Notes: generated by a model not told the origin, from the letters alone. A DNA stretch of 64,000 nt from Capsulimonadales bacterium (GCA_033762295.1 JANRLW010000093.1:1-64000); one strand, 5' to 3'. Shown: positions 30,171-40,203, numbered from the stretch's first letter. A program made the numbers and translations.

Positions 30171-30686
30171 GAAGAGGAACTACGACAGGTGACGCTCTAC
30201 GCCGTAATCTGCGCGCGGCCCGTCCTGCCGATTTTCGAGGCGATCCGTCCGCAGGATGTCCGCCCGCGAGACGCCCTCGCCGGGGCGGAAGCGTTCGCCG
30301 GGGGCCAGCGACGAACGGCGGCCCTGCGGGCATCGGCCTGGGCCGCACGTGCGGCGGCGCGCGAGGTCGACCGGGAATCGGCCGCCCATGCCGCGTACGC
30401 CGCCGGTCATGCCGCCGCCGCCGCTTTTCTTCACCCCATCGCCTCCCCGCACCAGGTCAAACATATCCTCGGGGCGGCGATCCATCAGGCGCTCGCCTTC
30501 GAACGGGGGACACCGGAGGATGAGGAGTCCGTCCATGAGCGGCTTCGATGGGCCGCAAGTCTGGCGAACGCCACCGTCCGGGACGTCCTGCAACGCTTCC
30601 CGCCGCCGGACCCCGGACGCGGACGTTTCGGCCGACTCCTGAGCGATCTTGACGCGCAACTGCGCGACGAGCGACCGAAAGGATAA
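30147..30686 (+). CDS. Imm5-like putative immunity protein (start may be 30159)
   Basis: CARPVLPIFE...D.RPR.A, Ala-rich AAGHAAAAAFLH helices. Confidence 0.6.
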   Translation: MRLEMRLEEEELRQVTLYAVICARPVLPIFEAIRPQDVRPRDALAGAEAFAGGQRRTAALRASAWAARAAAREVDRESAAHAAYAAGHAAAAAFLHPIASPHQVKHILGAAIHQALAFERGTPEDEESVHERLRWAASLANATVRDVLQRFPPPDPGRGRFGRLLSDLDAQLRDERPKG

Positions 30687-30720
30687 GACCGGAAGCAAAA
30701 AAGCAGACCCCGGATCGGGA

Positions 30721-32166
30721 TCAGACGGCGGCGGCTTTCCCCGAAAGCGTACGCAGTCGGGCATCGTCGATGCGCGGGAGGTGCGGACAGCAGTTCCCGC
30801 CCGCCGGGAGCAGCTTGCCGGGGTTCAGGATGTCGTTCGGGTTGAAGACCGACCGGACCTTGTACATCGTGTCCAGATCGTCGTCGGAAAAGACGAGCGA
30901 GAGAAACTCCTGCTTCTCGATCCCGATCCCGTGTTCGCCGGTCAGGGAACCGCCCGCCGCGACACAGGCTTTCAGAATCTCGCCGCCCGCCGCCAGAACG
31001 CGCTTGACTTCCTCCGGGTCACGTTCGTCGAACAGCACCGCCGGATGCAGGTTCCCGTCCCCGGCATGGAAGACGTTGGCGATGCGCAGGTTGTATCGCC
31101 GGCCGATCTCGCCGATCTGCTTCAAAATCTGGGGCAATCGGGTGCGCGGAGCGACGCCGTCCTGGGTCGCGCAGGACGGGGCGAGCCGACCGATCGTTCC
31201 GATACTCTTCTTCCGCGCCATCCAGAGTTTCGCCCGCTCCTCGGCGTTCGCCGCCTGCTTGACGTCCATCACGTCCGCCTCGATACAGATGCGCCGGATA
31301 CGTTTGGCCTGTTCGTCGATCCCGGCCTCCGGACCGTCCACCTCGATCAGAAGCACCGCGCCCGCCTCCGAAGGCAGACCCAGATGGTAGGCGGCCTCGA
31401 CCGCCTCCAGTATGGTCCGGTCGATCATTTCGAGAGCGGCGGGCAGAATCCCGGCCGCGATGATATTGGAAACGATCCGGGTGGCGTCGTCGATGGTACG
31501 GCAGATGGCGAGCAGGGTACGGATCGACTCCGGAGCGGGGACGATCCGCACCGTCGCCTCGGTGACGATGCCGAGCGTTCCTTCGGAACCGGTCATCAGT
31601 CCGACCAGGTCATACCCGTGATCGTCCAGCGACAGTTCGATCACCGTGCCGTCGGGCAGAACGACCTGCGTGGCAAGGATATGGTTGACGGTGACACCGT
31701 ACTTCAGGGTATGCGGGCCGCCGGAGTTATTGGCGACGTTGCCGCCGATGGTGCAGACGCCCTGCGACGACGGGTCGGGCGCGTACAGGTAGCCCTGAGG
31801 CGCGACGGCTTTGGTCAGGTAGGTGTTGACGACGCCGGCCTGCGCACGGACGCGCCGGTTGGGTATGTCGACATTGAGAATGCGGTTCATACGGGCGGTG
31901 GACAGCAGAACCTCGTGGTCGTGCGCCAGGGAACCGCCCGCCAGTCCGGTGCCCGCGCCCCTCGGCACGAGCGGGACTTTATAGGTGTGGCATAGCCGGG
32001 CGATCTCGGAGACCTCGGCGGTCGTGCGCGGCAGGACGACGACGCCCGGCAGCGCCTTCTCGATCGTGTAGGCGTCGGAGGAGTAGACGTGCTTCTGGGC
32101 GGTTGTGGAGCGCATCCCCTCATCCCCGAGAAGACGGTGCAATTCGTTCAGGAAAGACTTATCCAT
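30721..32166 (-). CDS. glcD: FAD-linked oxidase, glycolate oxidase subunit GlcD-like
   Basis: PRGAGTGLAGG, APDPSSQ, GGPHTLKYGVT, FHAGDGNLHP, GEHGIGIEK. Confidence 0.8.
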   Translation of the reverse strand: MDKSFLNELHRLLGDEGMRSTTAQKHVYSSDAYTIEKALPGVVVLPRTTAEVSEIARLCHTYKVPLVPRGAGTGLAGGSLAHDHEVLLSTARMNRILNVDIPNRRVRAQAGVVNTYLTKAVAPQGYLYAPDPSSQGVCTIGGNVANNSGGPHTLKYGVTVNHILATQVVLPDGTVIELSLDDHGYDLVGLMTGSEGTLGIVTEATVRIVPAPESIRTLLAICRTIDDATRIVSNIIAAGILPAALEMIDRTILEAVEAAYHLGLPSEAGAVLLIEVDGPEAGIDEQAKRIRRICIEADVMDVKQAANAEERAKLWMARKKSIGTIGRLAPSCATQDGVAPRTRLPQILKQIGEIGRRYNLRIANVFHAGDGNLHPAVLFDERDPEEVKRVLAAGGEILKACVAAGGSLTGEHGIGIEKQEFLSLVFSDDDLDTMYKVRSVFNPNDILNPGKLLPAGGNCCPHLPRIDDARLRTLSGKAAAV

Positions 32167-32221
32167 GGATATACCGCCCTCATTGTAACACGGATTTCGC
32201 TCGCTCCCTGTGTCGGTTCGA

Positions 32222-33352
32222 TCAGCGGGGAATCGGCGCGCCACAGGACTGACGAACGATCAGGCGCATCGGCAGTTCGATCTCCCGGAACGGAAGCGGA
32301 ACGTCGTTCGGCGAAGCGATGCGATGCAAGAGCACGTCGCCCGCCGTCCGGCCCAGCTCCTCGAAGGGCTGCGCGACCGTGGTAATACCGAAAGCGTCGA
32401 GCAGGGAGGGGAGCAGGTCACCGAACCCGGTAACCGCCAGGTCCTCGGGGACGCGCATTCCCAGCCCGCGGGCGAACCGGATCAGGTGCGCGGCGACCAG
32501 GTCGTTGGCGCAGACGACGGCGGTCAGCGGATCGCCGCCCGCCCGCAGAAAACCGGCGACCGTCTCCGTCGACAGGCAGCGACTCCCACCCTCCTGATGA
32601 TGGACCAGACGGGGAAGGTCCGGGTCGATTCCCACCGTCCGCAACGCGTCCGCGTATCCGGCCAGACGACGATGGATCGCACTGGCCTGCGGCTCGCCCG
32701 AAAGGAATCCGATCCGGCGATGACCCAGCGAAAGCAGGTGCTCGGTGACGGTGCGTCCGCCCGCGACATCCTCGAAACCGACAAAATCCGTCTCGAACCC
32801 CGGCAGCAGACGGTCGATCAGAACCAGCGGAAGGGCGTCCCGGAGGCGGCGGTAGGGCGCGACCATCGCCGGAATCTGCGGCCAGACGACCAGGCCACGG
32901 ATACCCCGCTGCCGGAGCGTATCGAGGGGAGGAAGGAAATCGTCCGGTCCCGCGCCGTCCCAGGCCGTGCCCTTGTCGCCGGGATCGTGCCAGTAAGTCG
33001 GGAGATTCTCCTCATCGAGGCGCCGCGCCAGCCCGCGAAAGACGGCGGACGGCGCGGTGGTGTCCGAAAAGGTGCGGATGACCAGAAGCATTCCCCCGAC
33101 CGTCGGAGCCGAACGAAAGCCGGGCGCGACGCGCGTGCCGCGTGTCGAATCGCGGAGCAACACTCCCTCAGCGACCAGATGCTCCAGCGCATGCCGAACG
33201 GTGTCCCGCTGAACGCCGAACTCGGCCATCAACTGGCGTTCGGAAGGAATGCGGTCGTTCGGATAGCCGCCCTGCGCGATCCGGTCCCGCAGGGTTCGAG
33301 CGATTCGACGATACCGAAACAGGGAGCCGTCCGGTGATTCCATCTGTGCCAT
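32222..33352 (-). CDS. GntR-type HTH + LacI-type sugar-binding domain regulator (AraR-like architecture)
   Basis: IPSERQLMAEFGVQRDTVRHAL; LGHRRIGF, VPEDLAVTGFGD, LIVRQSC. Confidence 0.88.
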   Translation of the reverse strand: MAQMESPDGSLFRYRRIARTLRDRIAQGGYPNDRIPSERQLMAEFGVQRDTVRHALEHLVAEGVLLRDSTRGTRVAPGFRSAPTVGGMLLVIRTFSDTTAPSAVFRGLARRLDEENLPTYWHDPGDKGTAWDGAGPDDFLPPLDTLRQRGIRGLVVWPQIPAMVAPYRRLRDALPLVLIDRLLPGFETDFVGFEDVAGGRTVTEHLLSLGHRRIGFLSGEPQASAIHRRLAGYADALRTVGIDPDLPRLVHHQEGGSRCLSTETVAGFLRAGGDPLTAVVCANDLVAAHLIRFARGLGMRVPEDLAVTGFGDLLPSLLDAFGITTVAQPFEELGRTAGDVLLHRIASPNDVPLPFREIELPMRLIVRQSCGAPIPR

Positions 33353-33424
33353 TGGTATACTTCTACCATCCGAAGGGCCGGTCATGCCATGCTTCCGCCG
33401 TGAAGTCGTCGCTCACCTCGAAGA

Positions 33425-33441
33425 TTTAACCGACATTTAAT
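33425..33441 (+). promoter_or_regulatory. Pho-box-like direct repeat upstream of a prepilin gene
   Basis: TTTAACcgacaTTTAAT; TATATT 15 nt after the second TTAA, TATAAT at 33465. Confidence 0.6.
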
Positions 33442-33457
33442 ATACCATTGGTATATT
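33439..33457. promoter_or_regulatory. Palindromic operator, probably for the adjacent GntR regulator
   Basis: AATATACCA-T-TGGTATATT; partial copy CCATTGGTATA at 33349-33359 over the regulator start codon. Confidence 0.7.
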
Positions 33458-33546
33458 TTTGCCGTATAATCGGTTCGAGAGTAAAACGTCGGTGGCGCCC
33501 GCCCCACCCGGCGCGGTCGCCACCGCCCTGAAAGGTATCTTCCATT

Positions 33547-34449
33547 ATGGCTTCTTTTCCAGTCGCCGCAACCCGTGGCCGGCAGGCGTTTACCCTGATC
33601 GAGTTGCTCGTGGTTATCGCCATTATCGCGATTCTGGCCGCCATTCTTTTTCCCGTCTTCGCACAGGCACGGGAGAAAGCCCGACAGACTTCCTGCCTTT
33701 CCAACGTCAAGCAGATCAGTGTCGGCATGCTGATGTACACGCAGGATTACGATGAGTGTCTGCCCGAACCGGGATTGGCCGGGGTCTTCCGCAACGCCAC
33801 TAACTCCGGCCTCGGACAGCTTTTCTCCGGCGTCCTGCCGTTCCACCTGGCGATTCAGCCCTACATCAAGAATTATCAGGTATTCGGTTGCCCGAGCGAC
33901 CCGTTCAAGCAGAACGCCTCCATCGACCGGACCGGCGTCATCGATATGTTCAAGGCGGCGGGCGTTCCCGGAGCGGATCAACTGCCCGCGTATAGCAACG
34001 TCGCGTCGTTCCATCAGGCGGTCGCGAAAATCTTCCCCAACTCCTACGCCACCAACTATTTCCTGTCCTGGCAGTACGGCTATACCTCGCGCGGCAGTAA
34101 CACGTTCCTCGACCGTGATACGTCGATCCCCGGTCGGCGCGGTCGGTCGCTCGTCGAGTTCACCGAGCCGGCGAACACCTGGATTATGACGGAGTACGGC
34201 ACCAACTCCATCACCGGCAACGGCGGCTGGTACTGCTATCCGGGCTACCTGAACGCCCAGATCACCAACGGCAACTTCCAGCGATGGCGCGGTGGTCGCC
34301 GGCATCAGGAAGGGCGGCACTGGCTGTTCGTCGACGGGCATGTCAAATGGCTGAAGGACCCGGCGTTCGAAGTGAACGGCGTCCCGGTCCCGGACGGCGA
34401 TATACGGCTGTCCTATGAGGCGCGGCAGGTCTACACCTACCCCAACTGA
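33547..34449 (+). CDS. Prepilin-type DUF1559/H-X9-DG protein
   Basis: [11 protein letters not shown]..., [20 protein letters not shown]. Confidence 0.9.
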   Translation: MASFPVAATRGRQAFTLIELLVVIAIIAILAAILFPVFAQAREKARQTSCLSNVKQISVGMLMYTQDYDECLPEPGLAGVFRNATNSGLGQLFSGVLPFHLAIQPYIKNYQVFGCPSDPFKQNASIDRTGVIDMFKAAGVPGADQLPAYSNVASFHQAVAKIFPNSYATNYFLSWQYGYTSRGSNTFLDRDTSIPGRRGRSLVEFTEPANTWIMTEYGTNSITGNGGWYCYPGYLNAQITNGNFQRWRGGRRHQEGRHWLFVDGHVKWLKDPAFEVNGVPVPDGDIRLSYEARQVYTYPN

Positions 34450-34458
34450 GCCGATCGC

Positions 34459-34516
34459 ACGAGAGCGGGGAGAACCCCGCGTATCCCGCTCTCGTCCCTT
34501 CTCGTCCCTTCTCGTC
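34459..34516 (+). terminator. Hairpin after the prepilin gene followed by CTCGTCCCTT tandem copies
   Basis: ACGAGAGCGGG (34459-34469) pairs with CCCGCTCTCGT (34485-34495). Confidence 0.55.
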
Positions 34517-34546
34517 GTGGCCCGTGTCTTCCGGTACAATGAAGGG

Positions 34547-35944
34547 GTGAACCTCTTCGATGTCGAGACGCCGCCCGCCGCGCCCCCGCCCGTGCCCCCG
34601 GTCGCCGACACGGCCTCCGATCGCCCGCCGCTGGCCGCGCGGATGCGTCCGCAAACCCTGGATGAGGTGGTCGGACAGGAGGAACTGATCGGCCCCGGCA
34701 AACCGCTGCGCCGGGCCATCGAGCAGGATAACCTGCGTTCCGCCATCTTCTTCGGGCCGCCCGGCTGCGGCAAGTCCACCGTCGCCGGAGTGATCGCCCG
34801 CACGACGAAAGCCCATTTCGAGAACTTTTCCGCCGTCAGCGGGGGCGTCGCCGAGGTTCGCAAACTGATCGACGCCGCGAGGGAGCGACGCAAGGCGTAC
34901 CAACGGCGGACGCTGCTGTTCGTCGATGAGATCCACCGTTTCAACAAGGCGCAGCAGGACGCCTTTCTGCCGCACGTCGAGGACGGCACGATCATCCTGA
35001 TCGGCGCAACCACCGAAAACCCCTATTTCAGCGTCAATGCCCCCCTGCTGTCGCGCGCCCGTGTCTTCCGATTCTCGGCGCTGACCGGCGAGGACATCGG
35101 CGAGGCGCTGGATCGCGCCCTGACCGATACCGAACGGGGGTTGGGCGCGGATCGGATCGCGCTGGCACCGGACGCGCGGGTCTTTCTCGTCGGAGCGGCG
35201 GGCGGCGATGCGCGTTCGGCGCTGAACGCGCTCGAACTGGCCGCCAGCCTGGCGGGACCGGGCGGGACAATCACCCTGGAATCGGCTGAGGAGGCGGTCG
35301 GACAGCGGACCATCGGGTATGACCGGGATGGGGACGCGCACTACGACACCATTTCGGCGTTCATCAAATCGATGCGCGGCTCCGATCCCGATGCCGCCAT
35401 CTACTATCTCGCCCGGATGCTGGAAGCGGGGGAGGACGCCCGGTTCATCGCGCGCCGACTGGTCATCCTGGCATCCGAGGATGTCGGGAACGCCGACCCG
35501 TCCGCCCTGCCGCTGGCGGTAGCCTGCTTCCACGCCACCGAAAACATCGGTCTGCCGGAATGCGCTCTGAATCTGGCGCAGACGACGCTCTATCTGGCGT
35601 CCGCGCCCAAATCCAATGCCTCGACGGTTGCTCTGGGCCGTGCGCAGGAGGCGGTCCGATCGAGCGCGTTCGCCGGGATTCCGAAGCACCTGCGCGACAG
35701 CCACTACCGGGGCGCGAAGGCGCTCGGTCATGGCGCGGGCTACCTGTACCCCCACGACTTCGCCGGCAGTTACGTCCCGCAGCGGTACCTGCCCGACGGT
35801 CTGCCGGAGGACGGCAGACCGTTCTACGAACCCACCGAAAACGGGGTCGAGGCAAAGATCAAGGCCCGTCTCGCGGCGTTAAAGGCGCGGCATGCGACGA
35901 CGGCGCAGGAGGAACCCGCCTCCGACCGCCCCGGACAGGAATAA
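34547..35944 (+). CDS. rarA: Replication-associated recombination protein A (RarA/MgsA)
   Basis: PLAARMRP, GPPGCGKST, LFVDEIHRFNKAQQD, SAFIKSMRGSDPDAA, SEDVGNADP; GTG 34547 inferred. Confidence 0.93.
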   Translation: MNLFDVETPPAAPPPVPPVADTASDRPPLAARMRPQTLDEVVGQEELIGPGKPLRRAIEQDNLRSAIFFGPPGCGKSTVAGVIARTTKAHFENFSAVSGGVAEVRKLIDAARERRKAYQRRTLLFVDEIHRFNKAQQDAFLPHVEDGTIILIGATTENPYFSVNAPLLSRARVFRFSALTGEDIGEALDRALTDTERGLGADRIALAPDARVFLVGAAGGDARSALNALELAASLAGPGGTITLESAEEAVGQRTIGYDRDGDAHYDTISAFIKSMRGSDPDAAIYYLARMLEAGEDARFIARRLVILASEDVGNADPSALPLAVACFHATENIGLPECALNLAQTTLYLASAPKSNASTVALGRAQEAVRSSAFAGIPKHLRDSHYRGAKALGHGAGYLYPHDFAGSYVPQRYLPDGLPEDGRPFYEPTENGVEAKIKARLAALKARHATTAQEEPASDRPGQE

Positions 35945-36706
35945 GGCGATCACCGACGGTTCCGGGCTGTTCGCCTGACCGTTCGAGATGACGCTCACAT
36001 TATCCACACCCATCGCCAGGACACTGACGCTCTGCACCTGCGCGAACCGCAGCATGTAGCGACCGCCCGGTGAAACGAAGTTGGTGATGTCGATGGTGTA
36101 CTGGATGTAGGGAGCCGGGTCCGAAACCGACGAGCTGAACTCCGTACCGATATAGAGGTTGCGCCGGACGTCCGTCGCCGCCGTCGAGAACGGCGCGGCG
36201 TCGACGTTCAACAGGTCGACCCGTCCGAACTGGTTCGGATCGAAGGGGTCGAAAAAGGAGAACAGTTCGTCAGGCGGAGCGGACGGCGAGACGATCGGGC
36301 CGAACCCGGCATAGTCGGCGACGAACATCTGAAACCGCAGCGTCACCCGGTCCACGAAGCCGTGCGGGACCGTAAAGTACTGATACAGAGCGTAGGCTCC
36401 GGGAAACCCTTCCGAACCGGTCGGCGGCGTCACCGCCGCATAGTGATCCCCGCCGCCACCCGGCAGAGTGTTGGCCGCCGTGTAAAACTGATTGGCGAAA
36501 ATCCCGCCGGGCAGATCCGTTCCCGGCGTGTCCAGGACCCAGCCGCCGAAGGAACCGGGCTCGATCGACCGTCGCCAGGCGAACAGGTTGCCGAGTTCGA
36601 AATCGCCGTTCTTCAATAACTCCAGAGCGTTCAGCGCATGGGCGGGACGGGCGGTCAGCCCGCCGAGCGCGACGACCAGAGCCGCCAGCGAGAACCATCT
36701 TCGCAT
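35879..36706 (-). CDS. Secreted PEP-CTERM sorting domain protein
   Basis: GAGGTGG SD, signal peptide, LLKNGDFE, C-terminal PEPSVIALFLSGAVGGGFLLRRRR. Confidence 0.85.
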   Translation of the reverse strand: MRRWFSLAALVVALGGLTARPAHALNALELLKNGDFELGNLFAWRRSIEPGSFGGWVLDTPGTDLPGGIFANQFYTAANTLPGGGGDHYAAVTPPTGSEGFPGAYALYQYFTVPHGFVDRVTLRFQMFVADYAGFGPIVSPSAPPDELFSFFDPFDPNQFGRVDLLNVDAAPFSTAATDVRRNLYIGTEFSSSVSDPAPYIQYTIDITNFVSPGGRYMLRFAQVQSVSVLAMGVDNVSVISNGQANSPEPSVIALFLSGAVGGGFLLRRRRMPRL

Positions 36707-37078
36707 CGATCCACCTCTTTCCGTTTCCGGAAACCGACCGTGCGGGGCCGAGAACGCGAAACACCCCCGAAACACGAAAAACGCGGCCCATCGTCGGTTA
36801 CCGCTGTCGATTATCGGTCGACGGTTACTCACTGCATAGAATAGTTTTGCCGGGTTTTGTTCGGTATGGACCTTAAATTTCGCCCGATATAAAAAATAAA
36901 CGTACATTAAAGTATGGCAATTAAAGTCGAAAACATACAAACCCGTGAAATTGCTATTTTCAATTTACGTTAATTAAAGGAAACTATAGCCACGGTGGGT
37001 TCCGGGCATTCCGCCGACTCACCCGGCTTACGCCGCCCATGACAAAACGGCTTGTCCCCTGACAGGAAAGGCGCCACA

Positions 37079-38737
37079 ATGGTTTCTCGTATCAGGCAAC
37101 GCGGTCGATGGTTCATCTCCTGTGCCCTTTTGCTTCTCAGCGTTCTTCCCGCCTCCGCACAGAGCGGAATCACCGACGCCGAAGCAACCCGCTTTCTCGA
37201 ACAGTGTACGTTCGGACCCGTGAAAACGGACGTCGATCGGGTCAAACAGATCGGATACTCCGCGTTCGTCAATGAGCAGTTCGGAAAACCGAACTCCAAC
37301 TATACGTTCATCAACACGACCAACGGACTGGCCGGTATGCGTCAGCGGTTCTACCGGAACGCGGTACGGCAGTCGGACCAACTGCGGCAGCGAGTCGCGT
37401 TCGCGCTGAGCCAGGTGGTGGTCAGCTCCGGCGAGGACCCCGATGTCGACTCGTCTCAGCGGATCGCGGCCACGACCGCCTATCAGCACCTTCTGCTCAA
37501 GCACGCCTTCGGCAACTACCGAGCGCTCCTGTACGAGATGACCCTGAACCCGCTGATGGGCGTCTTCCTCGATATGGCGAATAACCGGAAGCCGGACCCG
37601 AAAACCAACAGTCTGCCCAACGAAAACTACGCCCGCGAACTGCTCCAGCTGTTTTCCCTGGGCGTCAACGAACTGAACCGCGACGGTACGATCAAGCGGG
37701 ACATCAACGGCGACCCGATTCCGACCTACGGGAACGAGGAGGTGACGGAGTTCGCGCGGGTCTTCACCGGGTGGACGTTCGCTCCCCGGCCGGGCAAGAC
37801 GTTCAACGGGTTCCAGCCGGAGAACTTCAACGCGCCGATGGCGCTCTGGGCCCCGCTCCATGACGTCGGCGAGAAACGCCTGCTCCGCGGATGGGTCCTG
37901 CCGGCGATCCAGCCGGGAATCCCCACCAACACCAACAACACTGCGCTGATCCTGTACGCCTCGAACGAACTGAACTATGCGATCGACAGCATCTTCAACC
38001 ATCCGAACATCGCGCCGTTCGTCGCCACCCGTCTGATTCAGCACCTGGTCACCGCCAGCCCGACGCCCGCCTATGTGGATCGGGTCGCCGCCGCCTTCGA
38101 GAACAACGGGGCCGGCGTGCGCGGGGACATGAAGACGGTGATCCGGGCGGTCCTGCTCGATTCCGAAGCCCGCGGCACCGCCGTCGCCCAGGCGACTCCC
38201 GGCTACGGACACTGGCGCTCCGGCGTCCTGTTTATCACCAGCCTCCTGCGGCAACTGGATGCCCAGGGAGACCTGGCCGGCATGGACGCCTGGTCGACCG
38301 ACCTCAAACAGCGCGTCTTCGCTCCCCCGAGTGTCTTCAGCTACTACAGCCCGTTTACCACGTTGCCGGTGAGCAACGGCTCGACCACCGTCAGCTACCC
38401 CGCGCCGGAAACCGGCACCATGACCACCGAATCGCTGATTCTGCGGATCAATTTCGTCAATGCCCTGCTCTTCGGGACGATCTCTTCGGACCTTTCCGGC
38501 TATACCGGCGTCACCGGGCTGAATATCCCCGACTATCTGGCCGTGGCTCTGAACACCAATTCGCTGGTCGACCTGATCGCCGTGCGACTGATGCACAACG
38601 ACATAACCTCGGAACTGCGAACGCGGATCGCGACGGCGGTGGACGCGATCCCGGCCACGGAAGCCAACCGGACGAAACGCGCCCGAACCGCCCTGTATCT
38701 GGCCGCCTGCTCCCAGGAATATCAGTTCATTCGATAA
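37079..38737 (+). CDS. DUF1800 family protein
   Basis: ATRFLEQCTFG, DQLRQRVAFALSQ, PNENYARELLQLFSLG, PPSVFSYY. Confidence 0.9.
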   Translation: MVSRIRQRGRWFISCALLLLSVLPASAQSGITDAEATRFLEQCTFGPVKTDVDRVKQIGYSAFVNEQFGKPNSNYTFINTTNGLAGMRQRFYRNAVRQSDQLRQRVAFALSQVVVSSGEDPDVDSSQRIAATTAYQHLLLKHAFGNYRALLYEMTLNPLMGVFLDMANNRKPDPKTNSLPNENYARELLQLFSLGVNELNRDGTIKRDINGDPIPTYGNEEVTEFARVFTGWTFAPRPGKTFNGFQPENFNAPMALWAPLHDVGEKRLLRGWVLPAIQPGIPTNTNNTALILYASNELNYAIDSIFNHPNIAPFVATRLIQHLVTASPTPAYVDRVAAAFENNGAGVRGDMKTVIRAVLLDSEARGTAVAQATPGYGHWRSGVLFITSLLRQLDAQGDLAGMDAWSTDLKQRVFAPPSVFSYYSPFTTLPVSNGSTTVSYPAPETGTMTTESLILRINFVNALLFGTISSDLSGYTGVTGLNIPDYLAVALNTNSLVDLIAVRLMHNDITSELRTRIATAVDAIPATEANRTKRARTALYLAACSQEYQFIR

Positions 38738-38755
38738 GCGACGGAGGAATCGATA

Positions 38756-40144
38756 ATGGAACATATGCTCTCTCGCCGCGCCCTGCTGATCAACGGCGCG
38801 CGTACCCTCGGGGCGGCGGCCCTCGTCTCCCGGTTCGGCGTTCTCAGCGCGATGGCGCAGACGACCGGCGGCAACGAACCCTATAAGGCTCTCGTCTGCA
38901 TCTTTCTCAACGGCGGCAACGACGCCTTCAATATGATCGTCCCGATCGAGGACGCCCCGTACACGGACTACCTGCATGCCCGGCGCGACCTGGCGCTGCC
39001 CCGCGCCGGAGTCGGCGCCCTCCTGCCGATCTTCTCGCAGAACGGCACGGGCGACCGCTACGGACTGCACCCCGAACTTAACAACCTGCACCCGCTGTAT
39101 GAGGCGGGGAAGATGGCGGTGTTGTGCAATGTCGGCACTCTGACCTACCCGATCTCCTCGCCGTCCGAATACCGCAGTCGTCCCGGACTACGTCCGCGCG
39201 AACTGTTTGCGCACGACTATCAGATCGATACCTGGCAGCACCTCGGCATGGAGGAAGGCTGGGGCAACGGCATCGCCCGTATACTGGAACAGCGGGCGAT
39301 CAACCCCAGCCCGACCATCCCGTTCCTGGTCAACGTCGCCGGAGGAGCGTCGATCTATGTCGCCGGGTCCGCGCCCTACATCACCCTCCCGTTCGGCTCA
39401 CAACTTGGCCGCCTGACCCTCAAAGGGTTCACCTCCTCGACCCAGGATCAGGCCCGGCTGAACGCCCTGCGGGAGATCTATCGCATTCCGCATCCCGACC
39501 CGGTCGTCCGGGCGGTCAGCACGCGGACCGACAAGGCGATCTCCGACGGGCAGACCGCTTCCGAAATCCTTTCCACGACCACCCTGAACACCGTCTTCCC
39601 GGAGACCGGCATCGGACGGCAGTTGAAACAGGCGGCGCTGATGATCAAGTCGCGGGACGTTCTGGGAGCGAACAAGCGGCAGATGTTCTTCGCCTCGATC
39701 GGAGGGTTCGATACGCACGATATCCAGCTTTCGACCCATTCCCGACTGATGCGGCAACTCGGCGATGCGCTGGCGGCATTCTACGCGGCGACGGTCGAGA
39801 TCGGCGTGGAAAACAGCGTGACCGCCTTCACCCTGAGCGAGTTCGGTCGCACCGTCCAGAACTCCACCGGCGGTACCGACCATGCCTGGGGCTCGAATGC
39901 CGTGATCGTCGGCGGCGGCGTGCGCGGCGGGCAGTTCTACGGAACCTATCCCTCGCTCGTGCTCGGGGGACCGGACGATATTGAAACCGGCGGCAACGCT
40001 CGCGGACGAATTCTGCCGAAAATCGCGGTCGATCAATACGCCGGGACTCTGGCAAAATGGTTCGGTCTGTCCTCGACGGAGATAGCGGCGGTCCTGCCCT
40101 ATCTCAGCCGGTTCTCGCCCGACGACCTTGGCTTCATGGCATAG
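38756..40144 (+). CDS. DUF1501 family protein with Tat signal (DUF1800 partner)
   Basis: SRRALL, YKALVCIFLNGGND, GGFDTH, SEFGRT, GTDHAWG. Confidence 0.9.
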   Translation: MEHMLSRRALLINGARTLGAAALVSRFGVLSAMAQTTGGNEPYKALVCIFLNGGNDAFNMIVPIEDAPYTDYLHARRDLALPRAGVGALLPIFSQNGTGDRYGLHPELNNLHPLYEAGKMAVLCNVGTLTYPISSPSEYRSRPGLRPRELFAHDYQIDTWQHLGMEEGWGNGIARILEQRAINPSPTIPFLVNVAGGASIYVAGSAPYITLPFGSQLGRLTLKGFTSSTQDQARLNALREIYRIPHPDPVVRAVSTRTDKAISDGQTASEILSTTTLNTVFPETGIGRQLKQAALMIKSRDVLGANKRQMFFASIGGFDTHDIQLSTHSRLMRQLGDALAAFYAATVEIGVENSVTAFTLSEFGRTVQNSTGGTDHAWGSNAVIVGGGVRGGQFYGTYPSLVLGGPDDIETGGNARGRILPKIAVDQYAGTLAKWFGLSSTEIAAVLPYLSRFSPDDLGFMA

Positions 40145-40156
40145 ACCCGGCCTCCG

Positions 40157-40203
40157 CGCAGGAAAAGAACACCCCTCCGGCATCCCTGCCGGAGGGGTGT
40201 TCT
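40157..40203. terminator. Terminator between convergent genes; copy 1 of a duplicated element
   Basis: 17-bp perfect stem AGAACACCCCTCCGGCA-tccc-TGCCGGAGGGGTGTTCT, U-rich tail on the minus strand. Confidence 0.8.
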
